Shown: piece after piece, positions 8,561 through 20,600 of the stretch
Numbering within the stretch: position 1 is the stretch's first letter
Layout of the letters: every line of letters begins with the position of its first letter
Made by a program: the position numbers and the translations under genes
Virus record (IMG/VR): IMGVR_UViG_3300024358_000009
Location: 62,001-126,000 of that record
DNA length: 64,000 nt
Strand: one strand, 5' to 3'
The notes under the pieces: generated by a model
What the model was told of the DNA's origin: nothing
The model's input: only the letters and a program-made list of their open reading frames with translations
Databases searched by the model: none

Positions 8561-9718
8561 TTATATAAACTCATCTAAATAAAATTTTATCTCTTCATAA
8601 CCATTTGCTTGATGTTCTACTATGCCATCAAAATCAAATGTCATTGTAACAGCATTATTTAATGACACTATACATTCTGCTGTTCCTGATTGAACTAAAT
8701 TATTAGTTCCACCACAATTGTATGAATCTTCTATTATAAATTTAATAGTTTTTCCGTTATTAGTTATTAACCAAGGATTTCCATTTTGAGTTCCACTATA
8801 TGATACTTGCCAATCTAATGCTATGTTTTCACTAAATCCAAAATTTGCTTCATAATATGCATTTTTATGAAAAAGAGCATCCCGAGTTGTAAAATAAATT
8901 TTTATTCTAAATGTTTGAGAAATTAAATATGGAAAATTCTTATAAAATGTTTTAGATGGAGGACCACAAAAACAACCAAGATTTTTACCTACAGATCCTC
9001 CTATTGCAATAAGAGAACTTGGATTTTCGCAATTAGTTATTCCTCCTAAAACAATTGGGGCTTCATTTCCGTCTGAATTAATCGGAAATAAATTAGAAAT
9101 TTCATTTTTTACTTGTTTAAAATATGGATTTTGTTGATAGCTTCCACCTTTTCCAATTATATCTCCAATTTCTATTATTTTAGTAGAGCTTGAACTTTGA
9201 ACCAATTGATTAAATAATCCAACATCATATTCATATAATTCCAGATGACTTTTGCTTGTTATTCCATTTGGAAATTCTCTATCTGTTCCAATAATTGGTA
9301 TTGAATAGCTATATAGTGAATTATAATGAACAGAACTATCCATAGTATTTATTACTATAACAATTTCATTATTAGAATTTTGTATTTCTCTATATGAATC
9401 ATAAATCCAATCTTCCATATTATTTACATAATTATTTATTTGTACAACTTTTACATTACTTAAAAGATTTAAACTGTAAATAAAGCCTTTAAATAAATCT
9501 ATAGCATTTGGTTGCCATTGAGAATAACTAATACTTCCTGTATTGTCTATTATAATAATTATTTCTAATTTTAAATTTTTTGCTATAAGATTTCTGTTTG
9601 TTGCTACTGTAGTAGATTTATTATATAAATTTAAAAAAAGTAATTTTAAATCACAAAATGTAATTCTTGCTGTAGTTGGACCGCAACAACCACAACCATC
9701 AATTATTTCTATTGACAT
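8561..9718 (-). CDS. vWA-like domain protein with Cys clusters
   Basis: IIIIIDNTGSIS resembles a MIDAS DxSxS variant after a hydrophobic strand. Also GCGCCGP and GCFCGPP motifs. Confidence 0.5.
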   Translation of the reverse strand: MSIEIIDGCGCCGPTTARITFCDLKLLFLNLYNKSTTVATNRNLIAKNLKLEIIIIIDNTGSISYSQWQPNAIDLFKGFIYSLNLLSNVKVVQINNYVNNMEDWIYDSYREIQNSNNEIVIVINTMDSSVHYNSLYSYSIPIIGTDREFPNGITSKSHLELYEYDVGLFNQLVQSSSSTKIIEIGDIIGKGGSYQQNPYFKQVKNEISNLFPINSDGNEAPIVLGGITNCENPSSLIAIGGSVGKNLGCFCGPPSKTFYKNFPYLISQTFRIKIYFTTRDALFHKNAYYEANFGFSENIALDWQVSYSGTQNGNPWLITNNGKTIKFIIEDSYNCGGTNNLVQSGTAECIVSLNNAVTMTFDFDGIVEHQANGYEEIKFYLDEFI

Positions 9719-9720
9719 TA

Positions 9721-12700
9721 TTAAACGCTCGGCGTTGTCGTGGTTGGGGATAAAGTAGTTGTTTGTGTTTCAGCACCGCTTCCACTAGCAACAACTTCTT
9801 TTAAAATTCCATTTTTAAATTTCATAACTTTCTTTTGTATCACCAAACTATTTCCACTACAAGATACACTATGTACATAAGGAACATCTTCTGTTTCACC
9901 ACTAGGATCTATATCTATAGGCAAACCAAACCATGTATTTAAATTAGCGTCAAATAATCCCAATACATTATTAATTGAATTACTAGTTCTGTCATTCCAC
10001 TCTCTTCCAGATCCATTAAATATTTTTACTTTAACATATTCATTACCTTTAGTTACTAAACTTTGCAAGTCATTTATATAAATATATCCAGAGCCAAACT
10101 CGCCAGCTTTAATAGGGTCATCTTCTGGATCTATATAAAATGTGGCTATACTATTATTTGTCCAAACACCTCTGGCTTCATCCCAAACTAAATCTACTGG
10201 TCCTGTTTTAAATGAATTAGCTTGTTGAACGGTTGATTCTTTATCATCGTTTTCATTTGGATATGGTTCACTAATTCTATCATTAGTAACTTTTGGAACT
10301 GCTTGCAATGTATATCTATCAAATCCCCATCCAGATAACATTAAAGGGCCACGCAAAGCAAAAGGTTTGATATTTTCAGTATCCGCACTTTCTTTCAAGT
10401 GACATTGCCCATCATTAAAAGAATTTGCAAATATACTTTGAACATCAGAGTATACATTAAATGGATTTAAATTAATTGAATTTAACATAGCCATTTCATT
10501 TTCTGGTGCTGTTAAAACCGGCATATATATTTCTTGGGCTTCAAGTGATGCTGGTATATCACCCACAGAACCATAATAATTATAAAACGGCCTAATTAAA
10601 CCATCTAATGACATAGCTGCCATATTTGGTGCTTTTATACCATAATAACCAACTGAAAATCTTGATGCATCATCCTGATCGCCTGTTTCAATATTATTTG
10701 CAATAACTGGATTACCTTTGTCAGTTATTGAAGCACTGGTTTCTGAAAGAAAATATATATGAGGACTTTGCTTTTTTTTGTTAAGTTTGTTTGTCTGTTT
10801 TTTTGCACGAACAATAGCATCTCTTCCTGCTCTTGCAGATAAACCAAGTTCAGCTACTGAATAATCTGTCTGAGAAGATACTTCTAATATTCTTGATCTA
10901 GTATCTTTTAAGCCATCACTAAATGATTTTAACTGATTTATTCTAGTCTGATTTAAAGTTCCAAACTTTGGAGAAAATCTTCTAAATCTATATGTAGTTT
11001 GAAAACCAGATTTTGAATCAATATTAATGTTAATAGAACTTATAGAAACTCCAACAAACTGCATTATATTGCCAAACTCAGTATTAGGTAATCCAGTAAC
11101 TGTAATATCGCCCTCTTCATTAAATTGCAAAAAACTCAAATTACTAGCAACCTTTTGTTGTCCATATAAATTCATTAACTCTGTACTTCCCCAATTCCAA
11201 GGAGTTAAAGAACTATCTAATTCAACTTCAGTTTTTCCTGCACGACCTATAACTGACCAAGGACCATAACTTAATAAATAATCTCTTACTGGAATACCAG
11301 CTGCAACTGGATTATTGGGTGTATCCATAAATCTAGAAGCTCTGTCTTTAGCACCAATTGGAGTTTTTAACTTTACTGTTTTTTGACCAGCATCCATGGT
11401 GTCTGATTTTAAAACAGCCATCAATGTGTTCCATATTGGATATGGATATTTTTGGAACTCCATTCCATATGTATATACAGTTAGATCATTAGTTACAAAA
11501 GCTGGTGAATTTGTATATGGAATTCCTTGATTTCCTTGGTTAGCTGGAACTGCCAAAACCATTTCTGCTGCACCATCAGTTGGAACAACATATCCACCTA
11601 AATTCCAAGCTACAGAATTAGAAACTGGTTTATCAGATACTAAAAATGGTTTAAATCTAAGGTCGCTCGCATTAATAAATTTATTGTTTTGAAAACCTCC
11701 AGCAAATTGAATTTGTCCAGCTTCAAATTCTGGAAACCAAGCAGAAGAAACTGATTCTCTGCTAAATTGCCATTTATTACCTTCATTGCGAACATATATT
11801 TGATCACCAATAGAAAAAGCAAAACCCATTTCAGAATATGTTTCATTTAATGCGTCTAATAATAAAGTTCTGTTTTCTTCGTATTCTGATATACCAGAAA
11901 CACCGCCTCTTTCAGCAGCAAGAACTTTTCCAAATCCTGTATCACGATGAAGACCATTATTTCCTGGGTCACCACCCAAAACTAAATATAAATCATATCT
12001 AAACTTTTTTAAATATTCATCAAAGTCATTACCATCGTCATTAATTCCAACTTTAGCCTCATGAGCTATTTCTATTTCAAATAAAGTCGAAACTAAAACT
12101 GTAGTGCCTAATAAATAAGCCAGCTTATTATTTTTTATTAATACAGGAACAACATCTGTATAAACTTCATAAGTTAACCATTGATCTGATCTTCTAAGCC
12201 AACCATTATTTTCTTCTTCAGTAGAAGGTGAAAGTTTTCCATTATTTAATGCTCTTTTATGCAAAATAACTTTAGTGGGTTGTCCAAATATTGGATTACC
12301 GTTAAAATCTTTTCCGTAATACCTAGAACCTTTATTAGTTAATAAAATTTGTTCTAAGTTTGGACCAACTAACATCTTTGAAGTAACATTTTCTTTTGCC
12401 AGACTTATTCCTCTACTATAACTAGAAACATTATTTCCAAATCCACTGGTAACTAAATTTTGCAATGCTGTTACAGGAAATTGATTATAAGTAGAAACAA
12501 CTCTTACAGTTATTACAAAACCATTTAATTCTACAAAAAAGTCTAAAGCCAATTGAGAACATACACTACTAATCATAGATAATAAATCTGTTTGAAAATC
12601 TGGTATAGTTATACCAGTAAAGAATGGTATTTGACTTAAATCTACTGCATATCTAATGCCATTAAAAACCATAGGCCCACCATACATAGATGAACCAGAA

Positions 12701-13161
12701 GCTGGATTATTTGTAAATCTAGCTATAGCAAGACGAACTACATCAAAATACATTCCATTCGCTGTCATTTTTGAATCTGTAAATCCAAGAGCACCATAAG
12801 CATTTAAAACATTTGGTGCTCCAACAGGACCGGGATAATCTTTACAGATGATAGAATAATTAGCCAATATAAATCTTGGATCTATGATTTTCGCTTCAAA
12901 TAATGGATATCCACTTTGACTGCCTGTTTGATTAAAGCTTTCTAATACGCCTTGAAAAGAAAAACCAGTTGGTAAAGAAAAAATTCCTGGTGTTCCAACA
13001 ATTGCGGATAAATCAGGTGCAGCATCTGGACTAACACCTAAAGGAATATTGCCTGGATCTGCGACAAGATTAAATGTCATCGAGGATTCTTGAGATCCCC
13101 AACCACAATCAGATTTAATGCTAGTTACTGAATATCCACCAAATTGTATAGATCCTGACAA
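9721..13161 (-). CDS. Large tail tip/baseplate hub-like structural protein
   Basis: 1146 aa downstream of the TMP, TTG start with RBS ggag, Thr-rich C-terminus. Call is from synteny. Confidence 0.55.
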   Translation of the reverse strand: MSGSIQFGGYSVTSIKSDCGWGSQESSMTFNLVADPGNIPLGVSPDAAPDLSAIVGTPGIFSLPTGFSFQGVLESFNQTGSQSGYPLFEAKIIDPRFILANYSIICKDYPGPVGAPNVLNAYGALGFTDSKMTANGMYFDVVRLAIARFTNNPASGSSMYGGPMVFNGIRYAVDLSQIPFFTGITIPDFQTDLLSMISSVCSQLALDFFVELNGFVITVRVVSTYNQFPVTALQNLVTSGFGNNVSSYSRGISLAKENVTSKMLVGPNLEQILLTNKGSRYYGKDFNGNPIFGQPTKVILHKRALNNGKLSPSTEEENNGWLRRSDQWLTYEVYTDVVPVLIKNNKLAYLLGTTVLVSTLFEIEIAHEAKVGINDDGNDFDEYLKKFRYDLYLVLGGDPGNNGLHRDTGFGKVLAAERGGVSGISEYEENRTLLLDALNETYSEMGFAFSIGDQIYVRNEGNKWQFSRESVSSAWFPEFEAGQIQFAGGFQNNKFINASDLRFKPFLVSDKPVSNSVAWNLGGYVVPTDGAAEMVLAVPANQGNQGIPYTNSPAFVTNDLTVYTYGMEFQKYPYPIWNTLMAVLKSDTMDAGQKTVKLKTPIGAKDRASRFMDTPNNPVAAGIPVRDYLLSYGPWSVIGRAGKTEVELDSSLTPWNWGSTELMNLYGQQKVASNLSFLQFNEEGDITVTGLPNTEFGNIMQFVGVSISSININIDSKSGFQTTYRFRRFSPKFGTLNQTRINQLKSFSDGLKDTRSRILEVSSQTDYSVAELGLSARAGRDAIVRAKKQTNKLNKKKQSPHIYFLSETSASITDKGNPVIANNIETGDQDDASRFSVGYYGIKAPNMAAMSLDGLIRPFYNYYGSVGDIPASLEAQEIYMPVLTAPENEMAMLNSINLNPFNVYSDVQSIFANSFNDGQCHLKESADTENIKPFALRGPLMLSGWGFDRYTLQAVPKVTNDRISEPYPNENDDKESTVQQANSFKTGPVDLVWDEARGVWTNNSIATFYIDPEDDPIKAGEFGSGYIYINDLQSLVTKGNEYVKVKIFNGSGREWNDRTSNSINNVLGLFDANLNTWFGLPIDIDPSGETEDVPYVHSVSCSGNSLVIQKKVMKFKNGILKEVVASGSGAETQTTTLSPTTTTPSV

Positions 13162-13171
13162 TTTATTACTC

Positions 13172-14677
13172 CTATGTAGCTACTATATATTTTGCTGTAG
13201 CCGAATATCTTCCAGATGTATAACTGAAAGAATCCTCAAAAGATGTAAGCGTCGTTAATCCACCAGCTAAAGCTTGCATTATTCCATAAACAGTAGCTGC
13301 ATCTGGAGGAATATATCTGTTAGGTTGCTGCCTAATAAAATCTATTTGTACTGTACCCCCTCTTTCTGGAGCAGAATTAAGTGCTTGAACAACAGGACCA
13401 GCAACTCTTCCTAATACTGGAATAACAGCATACTGTCTTGGTGCACCAATATCTACTGGATTAGTTCTAGTTACAGTAGTATTAAAAGTTATAAAATCTT
13501 CAACATTAACTCCAGCTGGCAAAGATCTTTCTTGATATTCATATGCATATGTTATAGTTCCATTGTTTGTATTAATGCCAACACTTCTGCTGGTAGCTGA
13601 TCTTTCTGGGTCTGATCCTGGAATGCTATTAGATGAACCGAGTTGAGTTATATAATTTTTAACACGATTCATTAAATTTGGTTTAACTTCATTCCACTTT
13701 GCTTTTGCGTTATCAATTCTACTATTTGGGTCTGATGTTTTTAAACCTTTTATAGTACCGTTTATTTTTGCACTAAAAGGATTTTCTCCGCCAATTGATA
13801 TATCTACATTAAATTCTTCTGTTGCAGCACTTGTTCCTACTGGATCTGCTGTATTTTGAGTGTCATAAAGAATCCATGTTTCAGTAGCAGATACTTTACC
13901 ACCGCCTTCATCAGAAATAATGCTTACGCCATAGTCATATAGTTTAATATTAGGCCCAAATATATTTCCTTTAAAATAAGTATCTAAGTCTTCATTCTCA
14001 TCTGGACCAAGATCAGTTATTGTATCTCCATCTCCTTTTAATTTTGTTTCTATAGCTTTTTTAGCTTGGTCATATCCTTCTTTCCATTTATTTTCATTAA
14101 TATCAAAAAATCTTTTTGCAGAAAGACTAAGTGAGTGAGTTAGCTTAAATGTTCTTCCTGTGTCATCACCTTGATCAACTTGCCAACTTTCTTGAATTTG
14201 TTTTTCTAAAGCACTTTGAGTAGGTTGTTCACCTATAATTTTTGAACCTATACTAATAACATCAGCTTCTAATTGAACTGTATAGTCTACATAATCTGAC
14301 CAAGCACCTTCTTTAAAATCTATAGATCTAAATCTTGGTTTAAATTTGATTACAGATGGGCCACCATCCCAACCTTCTACTTCCATCCAACCTGGATCAG
14401 TATCTGATTTACCAGCATCTTGTTTAAAAAAATCTAATAACTCGCCCTGCTTTTCTTGTATTTTATTCTGTCTTTCATCTGGTTCTATGCCAGTATCTCT
14501 GGTTCTTCCCTCAGTACCACTATTCATTAAACCGCCCATATAAGAAAACAACTTGCCAGTAAGAGTAATGGCAAATGTAGTTCTTAATAGTGAGCCATCT
14601 TCTGCATAATCCTTGTTAGTAACTATACTTACTAATGGTGCTGGAACTATAGCTTTATCTTTATAAATAACTGGCAT
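13172..14677 (-). CDS. Tail tip/distal tail-like structural protein
   Basis: 501 aa between TMP-adjacent genes, with repeated beta modules (ESWQVD, ETWILYD, EEFNVD). Call is from synteny. Confidence 0.5.
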   Translation of the reverse strand: MPVIYKDKAIVPAPLVSIVTNKDYAEDGSLLRTTFAITLTGKLFSYMGGLMNSGTEGRTRDTGIEPDERQNKIQEKQGELLDFFKQDAGKSDTDPGWMEVEGWDGGPSVIKFKPRFRSIDFKEGAWSDYVDYTVQLEADVISIGSKIIGEQPTQSALEKQIQESWQVDQGDDTGRTFKLTHSLSLSAKRFFDINENKWKEGYDQAKKAIETKLKGDGDTITDLGPDENEDLDTYFKGNIFGPNIKLYDYGVSIISDEGGGKVSATETWILYDTQNTADPVGTSAATEEFNVDISIGGENPFSAKINGTIKGLKTSDPNSRIDNAKAKWNEVKPNLMNRVKNYITQLGSSNSIPGSDPERSATSRSVGINTNNGTITYAYEYQERSLPAGVNVEDFITFNTTVTRTNPVDIGAPRQYAVIPVLGRVAGPVVQALNSAPERGGTVQIDFIRQQPNRYIPPDAATVYGIMQALAGGLTTLTSFEDSFSYTSGRYSATAKYIVAT

Positions 14678-14678
14678 T

Positions 14679-17663
14679 TTATCTTCCTCTTACATACATA
14701 GTTATGCTACCGTTTTTTACACCTTCGGTAAATGGTATAGCCAAAAAGATATTGTTATTTAACTCAAGGTTATTAGCTGTATACAGTGTAAAAGGAGTTG
14801 CTGTAGAATAAGTGGTATAACCGCTTATATACATAGGTAAGGTTTTATCTAATCCAGGAACTTTTTCTATAAAAAGATTAATTCCTGAATTTATTGGCAT
14901 AGCACCAGTAAATGTCTCATCAGTTTTCATACTAAGTGTTAAAGTATTTGATTTTAATTCATAGCTATTCTTTAAAAACAATGATCTTGATGCATTTGAG
15001 CTAGGAAGATCTGACTTTAAAAACATGTTAACATTAGAGCTATATTTAAATGTGTCGTTTATTTTTATAAACAAGTTCATCACTTTATTAAATACAGTTC
15101 CATCTATATACAAACTCTTTCCTGCTATTATTTGAGATATTCCAATTCCGGCAGAATTGATAAATAAAGGTAAAGAATTAATTACACTGACTGGTTCTTG
15201 AGCTTTTAAAAATAGTGGAATTTTTATATTTCTTGGTTCGCCACTTATATATAAATCTTTAGCATTATTAATACTATTATAGCCCCTAACAAATAATGTT
15301 CTTGTTGGACTTGAACTTGGATTTAATTGAGTTGAATGACCAGTAACAAATAAGGTTGTATCTACATTAATAGCACCATAAACAAATAATGTTTTAGAGC
15401 CAACTATGTCTGGTGGCAATTGAGCAATTAATGCAAGTCCAGGATTCGGATTAGTGTTTATAGCTGGGGTTTTATAAATATCGTAACCTTTTATAAATAA
15501 AGTTGTGCTATTTATAGTTCTTGTATCTTCAACAATAGTAATTGGAGATGTATAAACTTTTAAATAAAAAGGAGTATTTTCATTACTTACTGAAACTAAA
15601 TCCCAATATACATTGTTTAATGCATAAGCTGCTGCTGGCTGTGAACCATAACCAGTTGCTAATCTAAAAAATGTAAACTTTGCAGTTCCAGATCCAGTTG
15701 ATGTTAAATCTAAATTTGGATTTCCGCCAACAAGTCTTGCTTTTGAAAATCTTGGTTTTGAAGATGTATAAGGATTTGATAATTGTCTATAAATTCCTTC
15801 ACGCCATGCTATAGAATTTAATCTTGGATCATTACTTACATTAGATTTAATCATAGATGTATAATAAACACCGTCTATTTTTGCTGTGTCAAAAAGTTCA
15901 TATTCTATATCCTCAGACCAAATTGCTGGATCTGACGATCCAACATTTTTTAAGTCAATTAATCCATTCGGCAAATCATTGCCTTCAATTTTTACTATAG
16001 TGGAAGACTGTGTTAAATAATTATCTATAACAAATTTATTGCTTGCGATTTCTATTGCGTTATTTGCTATGTCTACAGATTCATTTAAATTAATTGTTAC
16101 TTCAAAATTAACTGGATACTCATTAACAGTTTCTCTTTTCGCTTGAATGAAAACATCTGACTGACCCCATTGAACTGGATAATCATCATTAAATCCAAAA
16201 TATTGAATTCTATATGGATAATCAAATGTAGTTTTTACAATATCGTTTTTATAATATGTAGTTGATATATCAAATATATATTCATAAAAAGGCTCTAAGG
16301 TTTGTGCAGTAACCCAATATAAAGGAAATAAATCTGGTTGTTTTGGTTCTGAAGATGTGCTTGGACTTATAGCTATATAACTAATGCCGTCATAAAAAAC
16401 TATATCACGAATTGAATAATTAGAAGAAGATGACCAATCACCTTTCCAAGATGATAAATCAGAACTAAAAGAAGAAGAAAAAATCAATCTTATATCAAGT
16501 GATTCGCCTGTTGTTAGCGTACTCGATGTAAAATAAATATCTAAAGTGGCTTCTCCATTTACATAATTATATGTTGTTCTTGAATTGGTTGGAACAACAG
16601 AAATAGATTCTTGAGAAGATGGATTAACTTTTTGCCAAGATAGTATATAATTTAAATTATTTTGATATGCTAATTGAGAATCTACATCGTAACATCTAAT
16701 ACCTTCGGCATCCAACAAAGTTATTTTTATAGGTGGTTCTAAAAGAGGCACTTGTTGATAATTTTTAAGAAAGTAAGCTTGATTAGGAACATTATTTACT
16801 TTGATAAATTTTGGAGAAGAATAATTTCTGCCATTACCGTTATTGTATATTTTTGATAATTCTTCATCTGGTATATATACATTATAAATTCTTAACTCAT
16901 CTATGTTTAGATCAAATACAATATCATCATCTATACCTCCAAAATAAAATCTATCAATATAAGCATTTAATATTCCTGAATAAGAATAAAATGAATTGTC
17001 TATTAAACTTTCAAATTTATAATAAGTAAAACCGTAATATGTGTAAGAAAATTTAACAGGTGAGTATTCGCCAAATTTATTTCCATTTAAATAAAACTCT
17101 GTTTTGTAATAAATGCCAGCTTGTGCATCAGAAAATTGTTTTTGTCTTATAGTAAATAAATTCCAAGTGTTAGGCAAACAACTGTTAATACCACTGTTTA
17201 ATTCTATATCATTTAGTTTAGTTACTTGCCATGACCCATTTTCTAATGGCGTTCCTCTATAATGTTGTAAAATAACAAGAATAGAGTTATTTTCAGAGTC
17301 TTTTTGAATATAAATTGGATAATCTAGTGCTGATCCAGATGAGTATAATCTACCTATAACCGGAGATGATATTTCATCTTCCGTTAAGGTTTGAAACCAA
17401 AAAGATAATGTATACTCTTGTGCATATGCGTTCTGTTGAGAACCATATGGATTATACAAATAAAAGCCGAGAGATTGTCTGTCATATCTTGATCTAAAAC
17501 ATCTATTTAAATTAGTTAAGCCATCTTCAAAAGAAAAAGTTGGATCTGTAGTTGGAGATTGATAATTATATTGATATGTTCCATTATATGAAAGAACTCT
17601 AGATGCTAGAGGACCAGTATTAAATAAATTATCTTCACAAGCAAATCTATCTGTTAGTGCCAT
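14679..17663 (-). CDS. Tail-associated protein with LamG/ConA-like domain, CBM-like modules and C-terminal beta repeats
   Basis: YTLSFWF...WNLFTI...IDELRIYN....DEELSKIYN (LamG_3 pattern). WKGDWSSSSNYSIRDIVFYDGISYIA module. Repeated (L/M)(F/Y)(I/V)xG units. Confidence 0.7.
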   Translation of the reverse strand: MALTDRFACEDNLFNTGPLASRVLSYNGTYQYNYQSPTTDPTFSFEDGLTNLNRCFRSRYDRQSLGFYLYNPYGSQQNAYAQEYTLSFWFQTLTEDEISSPVIGRLYSSGSALDYPIYIQKDSENNSILVILQHYRGTPLENGSWQVTKLNDIELNSGINSCLPNTWNLFTIRQKQFSDAQAGIYYKTEFYLNGNKFGEYSPVKFSYTYYGFTYYKFESLIDNSFYSYSGILNAYIDRFYFGGIDDDIVFDLNIDELRIYNVYIPDEELSKIYNNGNGRNYSSPKFIKVNNVPNQAYFLKNYQQVPLLEPPIKITLLDAEGIRCYDVDSQLAYQNNLNYILSWQKVNPSSQESISVVPTNSRTTYNYVNGEATLDIYFTSSTLTTGESLDIRLIFSSSFSSDLSSWKGDWSSSSNYSIRDIVFYDGISYIAISPSTSSEPKQPDLFPLYWVTAQTLEPFYEYIFDISTTYYKNDIVKTTFDYPYRIQYFGFNDDYPVQWGQSDVFIQAKRETVNEYPVNFEVTINLNESVDIANNAIEIASNKFVIDNYLTQSSTIVKIEGNDLPNGLIDLKNVGSSDPAIWSEDIEYELFDTAKIDGVYYTSMIKSNVSNDPRLNSIAWREGIYRQLSNPYTSSKPRFSKARLVGGNPNLDLTSTGSGTAKFTFFRLATGYGSQPAAAYALNNVYWDLVSVSNENTPFYLKVYTSPITIVEDTRTINSTTLFIKGYDIYKTPAINTNPNPGLALIAQLPPDIVGSKTLFVYGAINVDTTLFVTGHSTQLNPSSSPTRTLFVRGYNSINNAKDLYISGEPRNIKIPLFLKAQEPVSVINSLPLFINSAGIGISQIIAGKSLYIDGTVFNKVMNLFIKINDTFKYSSNVNMFLKSDLPSSNASRSLFLKNSYELKSNTLTLSMKTDETFTGAMPINSGINLFIEKVPGLDKTLPMYISGYTTYSTATPFTLYTANNLELNNNIFLAIPFTEGVKNGSITMYVRGR

Positions 17664-20600
17664 TATGCTGTTCCTATATCTCTGAATATATCAGCTTGAG
17701 ATATCGCTCCGCCAGTAGTACTTTCTAAAGCCTTAACAATTTTAGACATAGTATTAGAAACAACTGTATTAACTTCACCAGCAAAATTAGGAGAATCTAT
17801 CTTAATATTAGCATTATTTTCAACGGTTATATTACCATTAATTTCTTCAGGAATATTTATTTTCGCCAAATCATTAATCGCTGATTGTAACCTAGTTATT
17901 GATTCTCCCATAGACTTAATACTACTATCAAATTTATTTACTCCGCCATCAAACATTTTTACAGAATCCGAGAAAGACTTTGTATCTATTTGATCTAACT
18001 TTTGTGCAGAAGAAGATTTAGTGACTTTATCAAATAACCTATCTCCTCCAGCTATTCCACCGTCAAAAAATCTTTGTTCATTTATGGCGTTTAAATTGCC
18101 ATATCCAATTGACTGAGCAGCTTGTGGATTTAATACAAACTCACCAGCACGAAGACGAGCCGGTATCATATCTCCATAACTAGCACCATTTACATATCCG
18201 CCAAAAGCAAAACCTTTTGGTTTATTTGCTGGATCTAACGAGTTTAAGAAAAATCTTTGATTAAAACCCAATCCTTGCTCTTCAGCTTGTCCGGCAGCCT
18301 GAAATGCTATGTCCGATCCTGGCAATGCATTAGCCATTTCGTCTGGAGTTAAATCTGGCATAAATCCCTTTCCTCTTATAAAATCGCCAGATATTTGCTT
18401 GTCCGTTATATCGCCAATAATATTTAGTCTATTTTTATTTTCTCTTCCGGCTGCTTCTTGAATAGAATCAACATCGCTACGCCTTAAAAAGATGGTTTGC
18501 GTTCCTATTTTGTTAAAAACAGTATCATCAAATCCTGTAACTCTTTGGAAATCATCGCTACCATAAAATCCTTTAATTTTTCTATTTTTCATATAATTAA
18601 TTATCGATGCTTTTATTTTTTCTGGAATAACTACATTGCCTTTAATTCCAACAATGTCTTTAAAATAACTTGGATCTATATCCTTTCTGTCTTTTAAGGC
18701 AGCTGGTTTATTCTTTTCATCTGCAAATGCTTTGATTTCAGCAAGATCAAAGTACTTTTCCGCTTCTTTAAAACTGTCTCCTTTATTTCTTTTTCCAAAT
18801 CTATCAAGGCTAACTAAACCACTTACAATTCCTGTATATCTCTTTTCTGCATTCACTAATCTTTGAATATCTCTAGCTTTTTCTATATTTTTTCTAGCTT
18901 CTTCTGGGGTTGTTTCAAAATCTTTGGCCATTCCTAAGTCAAGTTTATTATTATCGTTTGTTGGTAATCTCAACATTAATTTAAATATATCTACTTCTCT
19001 ATCTATAAGCTGAGGTCTAAACTGACTCCTTCTATCTTTTTCTTGTTTAACAACATTGAATCGTTCCATAGCTTTTTCATCTTTAACATTGTTAGCTTGT
19101 ATTGCATCTATATAATCCTTAAAAATATCAAATTCAGTATTAAATTGTTCTGATTTCACTATTCGTAAATTATCAAAACTCCACGAGTAAATATCAGTTT
19201 CCTCAAGTCTGTCTTTCTTTTCCTTGAATTTATTTGCAGCAACAGCTGTTAAGCCAGCTATATTTAAACCTGATTCAAGTGGATTAAAAGAAAAACCAGC
19301 AGCCACATCGCCACCTTCTGCACGATAAATAAGACCTCCATTTGCTCTAAAGCCAGCACCTAACCTTCTCTTTATGTCTTCCTCTTCTTCTTTTTTAGCC
19401 TGTTCTTTTTCTAATTTTTTAAAAGCATCATTTAATAAATCAAACTGATTTTTTTCTAAACCTTTTCCTCTGTTGCCAAAAGGTGGTTTTTGAGACTGCT
19501 CAGTTAATTGTTGCTGCTTTCTTGCTTGATTAGCTATCCATTCTCTTGTAAGTTGATCGCCAACCTCTTCATTAGTCATTCTTTGTTGACTAGGTGCTTT
19601 ACCACTAAATAAAGCATTTAATCTATCTTGTTGTTCCTTAGATTGTTCTTGCTCAAGAAATTTTTTACCGCCTTCAATTAATAATTGAAATTGATCTCTT
19701 GTTAATCTTTTATTTTTATCAAGTTCTTTATTTTTAGCTTCTCTTTCATAAAACCCTATTGGCAAAGAATAAGCTAAATCTCTTCCAATGGTTGGATCAT
19801 TTGCATACTGTTCTCTTAGTGTATAAGCTCTAAATAAAGGATGAAACGGACTATTTAATATATTTTGATCTTCTCTAGCTTGGAAGGCTTGTGCTAATAA
19901 CCCACCACCCTGACGATAAACTACTCCTCCAGCACTCAAACTCTTTAACAACCCCATATTCTTTTCTGTAGATGCTCTATTAACTACATATGAACCAGCT
20001 TCTAAATATTGAAATTCAGTGTCCGTTCCTCTACTTAATGGATGAGATTTTCCACTAGATTTAACAATGTTAACTCCACCGCCACCTTTTCTATAATTAA
20101 TATCATTCAAAAGAGATAGATTGTTTTTAGCAATTTGTGGTGGAATGACTGCTTCGCCTGGCGTAAGCATGGTTGGAATCATACCTCCGCCATTTCTTAA
20201 TAAGAGATTATTTCTAAATTTCTCCCGAAATCCATTATCATCAAGGTATTTTAAATAAGATCTAAGCCTCAAGCGTTCTTTTGAAACAAGATCTTTTTGT
20301 TCAAGTTCATTCAAAACATCTATACCACTAACACCGTTATGTCTTTCAGCTAGAAATTCTTTATGTTCTTTTGATTGTATCCAAGCTTCTTTAAGTTCAT
20401 AAATCTTGTCATACATTTCTTGTGAGTTTTGCGGAGCTTTCCATTCAAAAACTTCATCAACCTTTGGCTTTTCTTGTTGAATAGCAGCTGCGTTTGCTTT
20501 TTCTTTTGCTAATTCTGGTGGAATTTTAAGTTTAAATGGTTCGGGTGGAACCGAAGGTGTTATCAATTGTTGTGGAGCTTGAAGTTTGTCTTCAACAACT

